From NCBI RefSeq assembly GCF_018977255.1, contig NW_024704743.1, positions 110,920,001 through 110,984,000 on the forward strand: a DNA stretch of 64,000 bases. Direction: 5' to 3'. The translations under genes and the position numbers were made by a program. Of the stretch, positions 1-13,394 are shown one piece after another. Position 1 is the stretch's first letter; each line of letters opens with the position of its first letter. The notes below the pieces were generated by a model. The model was not told the DNA's origin. It saw only the letters and a list, made by a program, of their open reading frames with translations, and did no database searches. The DNA is from Callorhinchus milii (lineage: Eukaryota).

Positions 1-510
1 TGTGCACTGTGTATGTGTGTGTGCACTGTGTATGTGTGTGCACTGTATATGTGTGTGTGTGCACTGTATATATATGTGCACTGTATATGTGAATGCACTG
101 TATAATAATAATAATAATCCTTGCATTTGATATAGCGCTTTTCACGTCTTCTCGACGTCTCAAAGGCTTCACAGAATCTGCTGTATATTTTGTGGGCGAA
201 ACGCGGCGGCCAATTGAGCACAGCAGTGTCCCGCAAACAGTCGTCGATTGAAATGACCAATTTATTATTATTTTTTTTGAGGGATTGTTTTCAGGCATGT
301 GGAGTAAGGAAACTTGCCCAAGGTTTCACCCCGCCGGGAATCGAACCCAGGTCTCTCGCTTGCAAAGTGAGTGCTCTCACCACTGAGCTACAGGTGTGCG
401 TGTATATGTGCGTGTGTACTGTATACATGTGTGTACTGTATACATGTGTGTACTGAATATGTGTGTGTGTGTGTAATGAAAATGCATGCGTGTACTGTAT
501 ATGTGTGGTC
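1..510. repeat. TG-rich imperfect tandem repeat (TGTGCACTGTATA-like), split by a SINE at 103-394
   Basis: Repeated tgtg(c/t)actgtatatg units on both sides of the SINE. Confidence 0.85.
103..394 (-). mobile_element. tRNA-Ala-headed SINE, near full length
   Basis: The reverse complement has the TAGCTCAGTGG A box, GGTTCGATTCC B box, shared body and (TAT)n tail. Confidence 0.9.
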
Positions 511-618
511 GATATGTCTTTACTATCCCTTGCAATGACTCACTCAGTAGATTTCCTCCTCTCTCTCTTTGTAATCATTCCATTTTTGGGGTTGGGAGCA
601 TTCCTTCTCCCTTCTCTT

Positions 619-947
619 TAATAATAATAATAATAATAATAATCCTTGCATTTGATATAGCGCTTTTTACGTCAGGAGGACGTCCCAAAGCGCTTCACAG
701 AACACACTGTAAAGTGAATTGACTGTATATTTGTGGGCGAACGCGGCAGCCAATTGCGCACAGCAATGTCCCACAAACAGTCGTAGATTGAAAATGACCA
801 ATTTATTATTGTTTTGTTTTTTTCGAGGGATTATTATTAGGCGTGTGGAGTAAGGAAACTTGCCCAAGGTTTCGCCCTGTGCCTGGAAATGAACTCAGGT
901 CTCTCACTTGCAAAGCGAGTGCTCTAACCACTGAGCTACAGGACTCC
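619..947 (-). mobile_element. tRNA-Ala-headed SINE, young full-length copy
   Basis: Nearly identical to the copies at 6134 and 60087. Long (TAA)n run at the left end. Confidence 0.95.
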
Positions 948-2659
948 ACAAAACAGACTTTGTCTGTATTGACCATATCGTCCACTCACTCATTTTTTGG
1001 GGGGGAAGGCTTGCCCTCTTTATAAAGATCCTGCCTCACAATGATTTACTTATTGATTGCTCTCTCTCTATGACCTTGGCCTTACATTGAATTCCATGAA
1101 CCCTCTTTGACCCGTCTTTTGAGTCAGACAGATCCTCAGTGCTCCAGGGCACTATTGATGGCAGAACAGCTAACCTGTCTCATTACCGGAACTTGGGGGA
1201 GCAGACCACACACTGGGAGCAAGGATTATTCCCACTCAGCACCTAATAACCCTGCAAACCAAAGCCATAATGCAAACCAGGTTACACAGTCCTAGTTATA
1301 TGCTGCAGGAAGCTTTACATTGTTTGCAATAGTACTTTGGTGGTTTTAGCTAGTTAAACTCCAGGAGTTATGCAATCCATGCTCTAGGTCTCCAAGAGTT
1401 AGCTCTTGAGTTAGCTCTTAGCACAAGAGTGCCTATACTCTTAGGTAAGCATAGTGTTGTTGTCGATCACTCCTCTAGGGAGAAAGTACACATTGTAAAC
1501 CAGAAGAATGTGGGTTTCGCCCACAAAATATACAGTCAATTAATTTTACAGTATATTCTGTGAAGCGCTTTGTGACAACTCAACGACATGTTAATGCACT
1601 ATATTAAATGCAAGGACTATTACTACTATGTCATGGAGCTTGGTATTTGATACCCAATGCTTCAATGATCAGAGTTGGGGCTTCTCGAGTTGGGAGGACA
1701 ATGCTAGTATTCCGGTTATATTAACTAAGTTAAATACACAGCTATATTTTTTACAACACCCCAAAGCCGAGTGGTAACTCATAAAATGCTGGCACTTTCA
1801 AGGTGCCTTCCAATGTGCTACTCTTCATTATAACCTAGCAACCTTAGGTCACCTTGCATACAGTCTATTCTGTGAAGCGCTTTGAGATGTCGAGAAGACT
1901 TGAAAAGCGCTATATCAAATTCAAGGATTATTATTATAGAAAGAACACAAAAATCCAAGACATACAACGGGAGCAAACACAGCAATCCAACATATCAATA
2001 ACAACTCGCAGAACAGTACCGCATTAGTAAAACCCCCAAATTGTTAGCCCCTGATCCATACATGCATTCTCATCTAGACTGCTTGCTGGAATCCCACAGA
2101 ACCCATTTAAAGGGGCAGGTCTCCCCGGTCATGACGTCACCACCGTCACAAATGTTAGAAGAATGGAATCCATACATATGTGTAACTCTCAGTAGTTTGG
2201 AGACTCTTAAGTGGGGTGATGGTTTCCACCTATAGCTGACCAAAATAAAAGTTGACAATCGTTAATTTATTTTGTGGTTTTCTACCCAGTCACTTTTTTT
2301 AGTAGGAATTTCTATCGGGTAACAGCGCTTTGCAACCATTCGATCATGGGGGTGTCTTTTTGTTGTGCTTTTTCTGTTACTTAAGCTACGATCACACATT
2401 CACTGGAAAATTGTTTTGTTGTTTTTCACACTCTGTCAACGTTGACCCTGCTTTTCAATCACTTTTTTATTGGAAGGTGTTTTCTCTTTCTGGCTGCACT
2501 GTTTTCCAACCACTCATTGGGCTTCTCTGCTCTGTATTTCTGATGCCTGTGCCTTGAAATAACTCATTCATATTTTTTTGTTTTGTTTTCTCTGGTAGTA
2601 ATATAAATTATGCTCAAATGACTAAGAACTAATTGAGATTTGACTCCAAGAATATCGCC

Positions 2660-2880
2660 ATAGAAACATAGAATATCACAGAATAGAAGGAGACCATTTG
2701 GCCCATCGTGCCTCTGCCAGCTTTGGAAGAGCTACCCGATCAGTCCCACTCCCCTGCTCTTTCCCCATGTCCTTGCAAGTTTTTCCTTTTCAAGTACCTA
2801 TTCAATTCCCTTTTGAAAGTTGTTATTGAATCTGTTTCCATCACTCTTTCAGGCAGTGCATTCCAGACTGTAACAACTGA
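2660..2880 (-). mobile_element. CR1 LINE 3' fragment
   Basis: CATAGAAACATAGAA terminus and GGCCCATCGTG 3'UTR motif, shared with 52725-52880. Confidence 0.75.
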
Positions 2881-3985
2881 TGTATGCACTGTGTATTTGT
2901 TTCAACTGTAGCACCAGCCATCTTGGAAGCTGGGGATTTATAATAATAATTCTTACACTTGATATAGCGTCCTTCATGTCAGGAGGACATCTCAAAGCAC
3001 TTCACAGGATTTACTTTAAAGTGTAGTGACCGTGGATTTTGTAGGCCAATACACCCTGAGTTGTGAGCTTGAGTCAGCTGGTCAAGCTATTTGTATTTCA
3101 TAGCATTTGTGAATGACTTTTCATCTCGTGAGAACGTACATTGAGTGCTTTATTAACCTTGCCTAAATCTTGAGATTGGGGTGCATTTTAGCTCCAACTC
3201 CCAGACATCTGTCAATCATTGGATGCAAATCAGTGGTACAAAATTTGATTTATTGTCAATGTCATAAAGGAGAGCTGTGATGGCTTAACATTTTGTGTGT
3301 TGAGTCTTTCATTGTGACCTCAACATCAAAATAACAGGAAGGAGTGTGATACAAGCATTGTGATCAATACTGTCCACAACATCAAATTGCTGGAATAAAA
3401 GCATTACGGAAATATATACTGTCTTTTGTGTGCACATAAAAATCTGGGGCAACTGGACTGATGGTTTGATTTTTTTTGTTTGATTGAAGAGAGAGGACTT
3501 GTGATTTTCATTTACAAAAAGCTACTGTTTATTTTCGAGACTCGGTGGCTCACATTTTTTAATTTGATCAAAGGTCATTTGGTTGATGTGAAGCTGTACC
3601 TATTTCAGCAGTAAACACTTCTATGCCTTTTCATATTTGCTGCTTTATTTTAAGCACTAATTACAATTTACTGCTAAATCACTTCTACGCAAAAAAGTTC
3701 TGGACTAGTGGTCGACATTCTGCATCGGAGGATAAAGGGAGAAAGGTATCCTAGAATTTTACACCACAGAAGGAGGACCATTCAGTCCATGGTGTCTGCT
3801 GACTCTGGGAAATTTTCAGAATCAGCACAGACCCACTTCCCTGATTCTTTCACCATTTCTTTTATTTGTTTGTGTATTTTTCAAATAGATGTCCAATTCT
3901 GTGCAAAAGACATCATCCTAACACTTCCCCTTTTTTTTGATTTATTGTCAATGTCATAAAGGAGAGCTGTGATGCCTAACATTTT

Positions 3986-4293
3986 GGAGTACTGTGGCTC
4001 AGTGGTTAGAGCACTCGCCTCTCAAGCGAGAGACCTGGGTTCGATACCCGGCAGGGCAAAACCTTGGGCAAGTTTCCTTACTCCACACACCTAATAATAA
4101 TCCCTCAAGAAAAAAAACAGTAATACATTGGTCACTTCAATCCATGACTGTTTGTGGGACACTGCTGTGTGCAATTGGCTGCTGCATTTTGCCCACAAAT
4201 ATACGGTCAATTCACTTTACAGTATATTCTGTGAAGCGCTTTGAGACATCTCGAAGATGTGAAAAGCGCTATAACAAATGCAAGTATTATTAT
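3986..4293 (+). mobile_element. tRNA-headed SINE, full length
   Basis: Starts GGAGTACTGTGGCTCAGTGGTTAGAGC, has a B box, and ends AAATGCAAGTATTATTAT. Confidence 0.93.
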
Positions 4294-5942
4294 ATTTGTT
4301 ATTATTTGGTCACAATTTTAAGTATGGTTCCCTTCAGTTATTGGCTTACTGGACAGACAAAACCTAAAGCAAAAAGCTACATTTGAAGTGTAAATATTTA
4401 CTATCCTGTTCATATGTTTCTATACCTTATGGTACCTTATGAAAGAGGATACAATCTGTAAAAATATAACAATAATAATTATGGCATTTGATATAGTGTC
4501 TTATCACATCTTTAAGACGTCTCAAAGCACTTCACAGAATATAATGTAAAGTGAATTTTGTGGTTGAAATGCAGGGCATGTCTGAAATTGCAAAAAGTAC
4601 AATTGTACAAAAAGTGCTCCTGGAATCTCTGCATCAGCAGAAAATTGCTCCTTCAATTAAAACACGACATTTGACTTTAATCCAGTGTGCCCCTGTCAAC
4701 TGTACTAGCCTCAAACCACCTTTACTTTCCTCTGATATTTTGTTGGATTTTCCGGATGTCTATATTGTGGAAATCGTGTGAAATTTCTTCCAATTGTGTA
4801 TTTTATCTTAAGTTTATAAACCTTTATCTCTGGAATTGTTTGTATTATTTTCCCCTCCTTGTTTAAGCTGTGCATTGACTGGACAGGAGGGGAGAGTGTG
4901 ATTACAAATCTTTTTCCAATCCTGGTGTGAAATGCCACATTCAGTACTGGATACAAGATTTGTTTGGATGAAGAAGGTCCTTCGGCCCAGCTGATCTCAT
5001 CCTTCTAGAACACCCACCCTGTCATTATAACATTAATATGATTTTGAAATGAGTCCAGTGGGATGGTTTTAAACATTCAAGTTATTTAAAATCTGGAAAG
5101 TGATGGCTCTGATTGGACAGCCACAGCAAAACTGTGTTTCTGTTCCTATTTTGAAAGGTTTTGTTTTCTGAGTTAGCAAAGGGGACAATCAGTCTGGAGC
5201 CTTTCCTTTTATGTATTTGTGTGCAGTAGTTCTTCCTACAGGGTTAGCAGGTGAGGATATTATTGGGCGGAGTTTTCATGTTTCTCCTTGTGGTTGTCCG
5301 AAGAATATTCAGTACTCAGGTTAACACACAACGAGTAGCTACTTGGGGAAGATATCAGGAGTCTGTGAGTGTTTGTGGAGCCCTACCTTAGCGTGGCCTT
5401 ATTGCCTTCAGAAGGTGGCTGTGAGTGTCTATGGAACCAAATCTTAGCATGACCTAACTCCTTTTGGAGATAATAGGTTAAAAAAAGTTCATTTTTCTTT
5501 TTACCTGACTTGATTCTGAATAAAGCAAAAAGGCAGGTTTTATACCACACAGAGCCTTATTTGGAGCACGTATTCCCTGATAGGAAGGAACAGCTTCAGT
5601 AATCTGAACATGTTCCTCATGTGTTGTATTTCTTTCACTTCTTCCCCTACTTACTGTAAAATGTATCTGCTTTTTATGAAAAACATAACTCACATGTGAC
5701 ACTCACTGATCTTTGGCTCCCAGGAGAGTACCGTATATTGTCACTGATAATATTGTGTTTTATTATTATGCTGCACAAATATGCCACCTGTTGGGTTAAA
5801 ATTGCCGCAATTATTACATCAACTAAAATGTTGGCAGAAACAATGAAGTAAGTAGTAAATCCACTAGATTCCGGATAAACCTTCACCACATGCCAGTTTT
5901 ATCCTTGGACTGTTTCTAAACCTCTTCGATTGAAGTGATATT

Positions 5943-6680
5943 TATAATAATCCTTGGAATTGATTTAGTACTTTATCACATTAAAACATCTCCAAGTACT
6001 TTAGAAAGATTTCTGTAAAATTTAGTGACTATATAGTTGTAGGCGAATGCGGCAGCCGATTTGTGCACAGCAATTTTCCCCAAACTAGTTTGAAGTTTAT
6101 GATTTTTTTTAATCTGGGGGAGTATCAGCCAGAAGTCCTGTAGCTCAGTGGTTAGAGCACTCGCTTTGCAAGCGAGAGACCTGAGTTCAATTCCAGTCAG
6201 GGCGAAACCTTGGGCAAGTTTCCTTACTCCACACGCCCAATAATAATCCCTCCAAAACCAAAAACAATAATAAATTGGTCATTTTCAATCTACGACTGTT
6301 TGTGGGACATTGCTGTGCGCAATTGGCTGCCGCGTTCGCCCACAAATATACAGTCAATTCACTTTACAGTGTGTTCTGTGAAGCACTTTGGGACGTCCTC
6401 CTGACGTGAAAAGCGCTATATCAAATGCAAGGATTATTATTATTATTATATAATACCAGGAGAAAATTTCATTTTTTTAAAAAATTGTGCCACAGGATTT
6501 TCAACATCGACCTGAACACGGACCTTGTTTAAACATTTCATCCAAAGACAGCTTCTGTTCAATGCAGTGCTCCCCCCGCATTACATTGCATTGCTCACTG
6601 TGTGAGCTCAAATTCCTAATGTGGGTCTTGAACCCTCAACCTTCTGACTCACAAGAAAGTGTTACTGGCTGAGCCAAGTT
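5943..6680 (-). mobile_element. old Deu-domain SINE interrupted by a younger SINE
   Basis: Tail at 5943-6133. The Deu-like domain and tRNA-like head resume at 6450-6680. Confidence 0.7.
6134..6449 (+). mobile_element. tRNA-Ala-headed SINE, young full-length copy
   Basis: Anticodon-arm mimic CTCGC-TTTGCAA-GCGAG (TGC, Ala), A and B boxes, L2-type tail and (TAT)n. Confidence 0.95.
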
Positions 6681-8859
6681 GTTTCTTAAATAGTCGACCT
6701 TCCAGGCGTCTTTCACCCTTGCTGAGTGATAACTCTTTCCAGCTCTTACTTACCCCTTGTATAAAGAAATAAATACTCCCTCATGTCCTTCCCTTCTGTC
6801 TATACTAAAGTTGCCTTTCTCAACTTTTAACCTGTGCCCTCTTGTCTAGGCATATATTAAATATATGAAAGTATTCTCCCTCAAGGGTGAGTCTACATTT
6901 AAAATAATAATAATAATCCTTGCAATTGGTACAGTGGCTTTCACTTCAGGAGGACTTCTCAAAGCATTTCATAGGATGCAGTATAAAGTCGCTGTGTGTT
7001 TTGTGGGTGGTTATTAGTAAATTGATTGATCTTGATGGCCTGCATTGTCACCTTGACCTTCGAAAGGAATTTTCCCAATCCACTAAATGTTTTATCCAGA
7101 CAAAAACTCAATCTCTAAACAAACACGTTTCTGCTTTTGACAGATTTCTTCTAAAGAATTATATGAAGTAAAAACGATTTCAGTAGTATAGTCCTTAATT
7201 ATAGGCACTGTCACGTCAACACAGGACACAACTGGAGCTCTTGGAAAATTATCTGGGAATGAGACCTTAGTGATGACTGGGTATGGGAGGAGTCTGGTTG
7301 CATGCTCATAAAATATCAATCTGCGCCCAGCGAGTAGAGATAGAGTTTAAATTACTGCACAAGATTTTATTACGTATCAGTTACTACACATAAAATGACT
7401 GGGAGGGTAAAACTTGCCCAACTGATTCTATTTCTCAGTCTCAGTTGGCAGTTCAATCAAGGGTGAAGCACAGATACATGCTGGGAAAAAATGTACTGCT
7501 CACCTGTCAACAAATACATTTTGCTGTGTCCTGGATTTTTCACTCAATGGGCACCAGCAGGGTTATTGCCAAAGCATACCTACAATAAAGACCACTTTAC
7601 ACTACAACAAACAACAACTTTCATTTACATAAGTCACAGAAGTAGAATCCGAGCACTGAGATGCTCATGATTACTGTTATAGTCTGTCATTTTATTTCTA
7701 AGATTTATAAGTTTCTGGCATTGTTGGATTGCTTAACATAGAAGATTTACTGTAATCTAATAAATTAGTGAAAAAGGCTTGTAGGAATAAATGTTCCAAA
7801 ATGTACTGCCAGACCAGTTGTAGTTCATCAGTGCTGGGCTGCAACAAATGATTTCTTTTGTTTGATTTTCCCTCTCACTCTCCCATGGCAAATACAGTGG
7901 GTGGAGCCCTTCAACCCTAAGGATACAACAGCTAGAGAGCTTTATCCCAAGGTAGGACAATAATGTTGAGTAAACAATGATGGTGTGGTATGTGGAGCAA
8001 AGGGCTTCCAATTACAGCTACATTTAGAAAAAGAAACCCAGCACACTACTTATTGTCTATAATTACTTTGTTCTACCCCTTTTCTAGTATGTTGTTACTG
8101 GGAGCAGGAACACTGATTTACCAGCTAGCAATTGCTACCACAAAGTGAAATACTGTATCTAGAAAACAATGCAGCAACCTCACTGCCAAGCTGAAAATCC
8201 ACACCGAAGGTGTTTTTTTTCACCCATACTTTGTAAATGTGCACAAAATTAGCTTCTTATTATATCCTCTTGTGCAAATATGTATTGTACAATCTTTTGT
8301 ACATCAGCCAAAATTGAGTTATTTATATTCAGATACACTAAGGCACGGATTCAGGGTTATGAAGGGCAACATTACGACTGACCCCGGGAAGTATTTCTTT
8401 AAAGAGAGGGAGATTATAGTCGGAATACAATACAAAATTACTTTTATATAGCGCCTTTTACGTCAGAAGGACATCCCAAGGCACTGGACAGTCAGGGATT
8501 TGGACCCGAACAAGGGGGTTGGGATCAGGGAGGGTGGAGGGCAGGGAGGGTAGGAGAGTGGGCGAAGAGGAGGGTCTTGGTTATCAAGGGGCTTGTAGAA
8601 GCGAAGATACCCTTCTCATTTAAGAAACAGCTTGACTCTGAAATAAGAACATGGTAGGAGGATAATTCTGGAAGAATGAGATTGAATTGACTGAAGAACC
8701 TTTTCCATCTAAACCTCCCTCGTGATCTTGTAATTGTGTTCAATTCATTAGATGAATGCCAGTCAGAAGTAGATCATTCCATTTTGCTGATGTCCATTAA
8801 GCTTATTGGTGAATCCAGTCAGATATAGCAATGGAAAGAGCACAGCATAGGATTACTGG

Positions 8860-9110
8860 GATGTACCAGGGGGTTCAGGTTACTGCTGTCAGGATAGACT
8901 AGATAGGTTAGGCTTTTCTTCGCTAGGTAAGTTAGACAGGGAACCTAATAGAGGTGTTCCAAATTATAAAAGGGTTCAGGAAGGTTAACATAAATAGGGT
9001 GTTAGGGAGTTTGTAACCAGAGGAGACGAGTATAAGATAGCGACTAGGGGATGTAAAAGAAAATTTAGGAGGAACTACTTCACACAGACAAGAGTGAGAA
9101 TGTAGAACTT
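8860..9110 (+). mobile_element. degraded CR1 ORF2 3' fragment
   Basis: Similar to the CR1 pieces at 10845 and 17422 (ACCTAATAGAGGTGTTC.AAATTAT.AA.GG motif). Confidence 0.65.
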
Positions 9111-9120
9111 GAGCACTGAG

Positions 9121-9382
9121 TTCAAGGCCTTCAAGGCCGGTCTCAAAACCTTTCTCTTTGACCGAGCCTTCAGCTCCCTTCTCGACTCTCTTCCCCCTCC
9201 TCGCTCCCTCCCTTCCCTCACCCTGACCATTTCCCCCTCCTCGCTCCCTCCCTTCCCTCCCCTCACCCTGACCATTTCCCCAATGCTCGGGTCATGACCC
9301 AACTGTGCAGCGCCTTGGGACGTCCTCCTGACGTGAAAGGCGCTTTATAAATGGAATCGTGTTGTTGTTGTTGTTGTTGTTG
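9121..9382 (+). mobile_element. young L2 LINE 3' end
   Basis: End of ORF2 (FKAGLKTFLFDRAF), C-rich 3'UTR with a duplicated unit, stem-loop and (GTT)n tail. Nearly identical to the 24590 copy. Confidence 0.9.
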
Positions 9383-10127
9383 AGTTAGAGTAAGCTGGTA
9401 TGGCCTGTGTGGTAAGATGCAGTATGGTCCGTGTGGTGGCTTGGAAAGTAATGAAAGCTGAGGAGAGAAATAAATAAATGATTGCCTCTCTAACCACATA
9501 TGTGGTACAAAAACAAATATGCATATCAACTGTTGAGATGTCAACCTCCAAAAGGGCTGTTTCCAAAGGGGCTCATTTACATCGAGATATGTTGGACAGC
9601 TTTCAACGCAAATGTTTGTGTGGATCAGAGTCTTCATTATTCCTGTAGTTTAAGTAAAACCTATCATTTTGGGCTCAGTCAATCTAAGAAGCTGTGAACG
9701 TGATATCTGCTTCTATTGCACCTCATGACTGCAGGATTCTGCATAACAAGTAATAATATTTGAATTGCCATATACCATACCTGAATTTTAAAGTTACCCA
9801 AGCTGAAAATTAAATAATGAATAAAACATATTTTGAAAACCTGATTATATGCTTACAAAATGCCGCTCATGTATATTTTTGTGGATCATTTACAATTGTC
9901 AGTGATTCACCATCACAGCAATATAAGATTGAGTGATCCTATAATGCACAGGGCACATTCATATAGTTCTAATGCAGTTTCTGTTTATCTGTTTATTTTA
10001 TCATGCTTATAATGCTGGTAGTGAAGCGGTAGAGCAACGTGGATCACTAAACTGAAATTATACCTCCCATTCTTGATCGCATTAGCCTGGGGTTGTGATG
10101 CAGATAACAGCCGATATTGTTCCCAAG

Positions 10128-10436
10128 AATAATAATCATAATCCTTGCATTTGATATAGTGCCTTATCACGTCTTTGTGACGTCTCAAAGCGCTTCAGAA
10201 TATACTGTAAAGCGAATGTGACTGTACATTTTTGTGGGTGAAATGCGGCAGCTAATTGCTCACAGCAGCGTCCTACAAACAATCATGGATTGAGTGACCA
10301 AATTGTTTTTTTGGGGGGGAAGGATTATCGCTGGAAAAGTGAACCGCCAATCAACTGACACCGGGTTCCTACTTACTGCTAGGTAATCAGAGGCGTGGTG
10401 TGTGGAATAAAAAAACTTGCCTAAGGTTTCGCCCTA
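10128..10436 (-). mobile_element. SINE, long internal variant, head missing
   Basis: Shared tail plus the extra TACCTAGCAGTAAGTAGGAACC segment on the minus strand. Confidence 0.85.
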
Positions 10437-10844
10437 ATAAGTGTGGATTTCTGAAATCAGTAAGATTGTAGAATAATAATTTACTGACTTAAAAAAAATT
10501 AAAGTTCTTATGTCGTGGAATGTAGAGCCAGTCCAATCAATTTACACCAACTATCTTTGTATGACAATGGTGTAATCAACATAGTAATAATATTCCTTGG
10601 ATTTGATATATGTGATGCCTCTCACATCGCAAAGAACTTCATGGGATTTTACTGTAAAATGTAGTGACTGTATATTTTTTCAAGGTGAGCACAGCAGCCA
10701 CTTTGCACAGTAATGCCCCATGAACATCCATAAAAAAATATTGCTGAAAGTCTCTTCTCTTGATGATCTCAGTCATTTACAAGGATGATACAGGAACTGC
10801 GAGGTTATACCTCTCAGGAAAGGGAACAAGCTTCGAGTAATTTC

Positions 10845-11220
10845 TCTTGGAAAGGGAAGGATGAAAGATGACCTAATAAAGGTCTTTAAAATTGTGAAAG
10901 GTTTTGATAGGGTAGACATAGAGAAGATGTTTCCACTTGTGAGGGAGACCAAAACCAGGGGCCATCAATCAAATAGGGAAGTCAGAAGAAATGGTGGGAA
11001 CGTGGAACTTACTACCATAAGGAGAGGTTGAGGAGAATAGTGTAGATGCATTTAAGGGGAAGCTAGATAAGTACATGAGGGAGAAAGGAATAGAAGGTTA
11101 TGCCGACAGGCTTAGTTGAGGAAGGGCAGGAGAAGACTCATGTGGAGCATAAACGCTGGCATAGATTAGTTGGGCCAAATGGCCTGTTTCTGTGCTGTAT
11201 ATTCTATGTAATTCTATGTA
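10845..11220 (+). mobile_element. CR1 LINE 3' end
   Basis: Decayed ORF2 end, GGGCCAAATGGCCTGTTTCTGTGCTGT motif and terminal (ATTCTATGTA)2. Confidence 0.85.
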
Positions 11221-11359
11221 ATAGTAGCTGTGCTCCTGACAATTCCCTTCTAAATCTTGCTGCTGAACACTGATTTGTACTGTGTTTTTTTGTGGCATGA
11301 TTAACCCAACAATTGCAGAATAAAGAGAGCATCATGGACTTCAAGGTTGTTTACATTTA

Positions 11360-11669
11360 GGAGTCCTGTAGCTCAGCAGTTGGAGAACTCGGCTTTCAAG
11401 CGAGAGACCTGGGTTCAACTCCCAGCAGGGCGAAACCTTGGGCAAGTTTCCTTACTTTACGTGCCTGATAATAATCTCTCAAGAAAAAAAACAATAATAA
11501 TTTGGTCATTCAATCCATGACTGTTTGTGGTACACTGTTGTGCACAATTGGCTGCTGTGTTTCACCCACAAAATATACAGTCAATTACTTTACAGTGTAT
11601 TCTGTGAAGTGCTTTGAGATGTCCAGAAGACGTGAAAAGTGCTATATCAAATGTAAGGATTATTATTAT
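11360..11669 (+). mobile_element. tRNA-headed SINE, full length
   Basis: Starts GGAGTCCTGTAGCTCAG and ends GGATTATTATTAT. Confidence 0.92.
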
Positions 11670-13394
11670 AAGAACAATAGGAATGTAAGACTTTTGATCT
11701 GTATAATAAACAAAAACCTGTAAGTAACCTATTTTTGGCCGATGTATACAATAAGCACTATTTATTTTATTGTATGTTGTGTCTGACATCTATTTTTAAA
11801 CATTTGATTTAGAAACTCTGACGTGAATAATTATATTTAAAGATAATGTAGAGGATTTTTTTTACCTGTTACCTAAACAAAATCAACATTTTGCTATTAG
11901 TGCTTTTCCTGAGGGTAATATGGATATAATCACATTTATAGATATATGCATGACACTATTTTTGAATATGGTAAATGCTAAGTCAAGTTAAGCAGGGTTT
12001 GGTACTGTATTAGATTTTTTTCTATCAATTTCCCAGATAAAATTGAGTGCCAACAAAAAAACACTGTTTGATATTTATGGCAGATCTGGATTCCCTGAAG
12101 CCATGGAAATAATTGGCTGTGCATATATTGAAATATCTGTAGCTTTCTAGGATGCAATCCAGCTCCAGAATTGGCAAGTATGGACTGTATTCTGCGATTG
12201 TGCAGTTAGTTTTTGATGTGTGCAAGATCAAGGCATGTTCATTTCTTAGGATCTTATTCTGGCCATCTCCTTCCCGGCACTGTGAGATCTATCACAAGGT
12301 AGTAGTTGAGAAAGTCTGACATTCCTTAAGGATTATTACAGCCAAAATTACCTCTTTGCAAAATGGGCTCTTAAGATTATTCTAAAAAAAATTCTTTACA
12401 CGAATGAAAGTGGTTACATACCAAAATCCTGTTCACTGCTTTAACCCCATATTTCTGTAAAATACTGTACAACACAGCGTGTTATACTAATACGGGACAG
12501 AAGGCATTCCATATTTATTTTATGTCAGTATATGGCATTATGTCAACAACACTAAATGTGAAATGCCTGCAAACTGCCATCATGCTGCTGGGAGGCAGAG
12601 GCTGTCCGTGAAACCTACAACCATAACAAGGACAGAAAGTAAATGCATGGTTTCATTGATCTTGGAGAAAGAAAGAGAGAAAGCCAGCAGCAGAAACAAA
12701 GCTGGGTAGTGTCAGGGATTAATGACTATTAGTGATTCGCCAACAATCCTCATTAATTCGTTATTCACCTCATGGCTGTTCTGAAACTTAATTGGCACAA
12801 AAAGGTGTTGCATTTGCCTATGATAACTGCACTTGACAGTGACGCTCCCCCATGTTCTGCATATTATATTTAATTTGTTTTTGTTTTCAAATGAAATATC
12901 ATCCCATATTTTAAAATGTGAGGTTTTAGTTTCCCCTTCACTGCAAGACAATGTTTGATTTGAAAAAAAATTAAATATCATTTGCAAAACTTGGGGAGAT
13001 TCACAAAGCGGGAGAAATTAATTTTAGAAAGCATCCATTTTTGGGGGGAAAAAAGAAAAACAACTTGCATTTTTATAGCACATCAAAATGGCACAAAGCT
13101 CTTTACGGGTAATTACAGTACTGTCAAGTGCAGTTAATGTGTGATCTGTGCAAAAAAGTGTGCCCCATGGCCCATGTTTTTTCAATGTGTGCAAATTTGC
13201 TATTTTCTTAAGTGCAATTTTCCACACTCCAATTAGAACCTGTATCCATTTTCCTAAAAAATACTGTACACTTAACAGTGTATCCTGTGAAACACTTTGA
13301 GACGTACTCCCAATTTGAAAGATGCTATATCAACAATCAGGATTTTTATTTGATCTAAATTGTTGTTTAATAAATATAGCATGCCAATCGTTGA

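Noticed and set aside
667..867. Recurrent ORFs such as MGKFPYSTR... (also 6210, 60072)
   Set aside because: These are translations of SINE copies, not a host gene family.
6134..6210. tRNA-Ala-like gene (also at the other SINE heads)
   Set aside because: It runs straight into the SINE body, lacks a proper acceptor stem and recurs with variable anticodon loops. It is a SINE head, not a tRNA gene.
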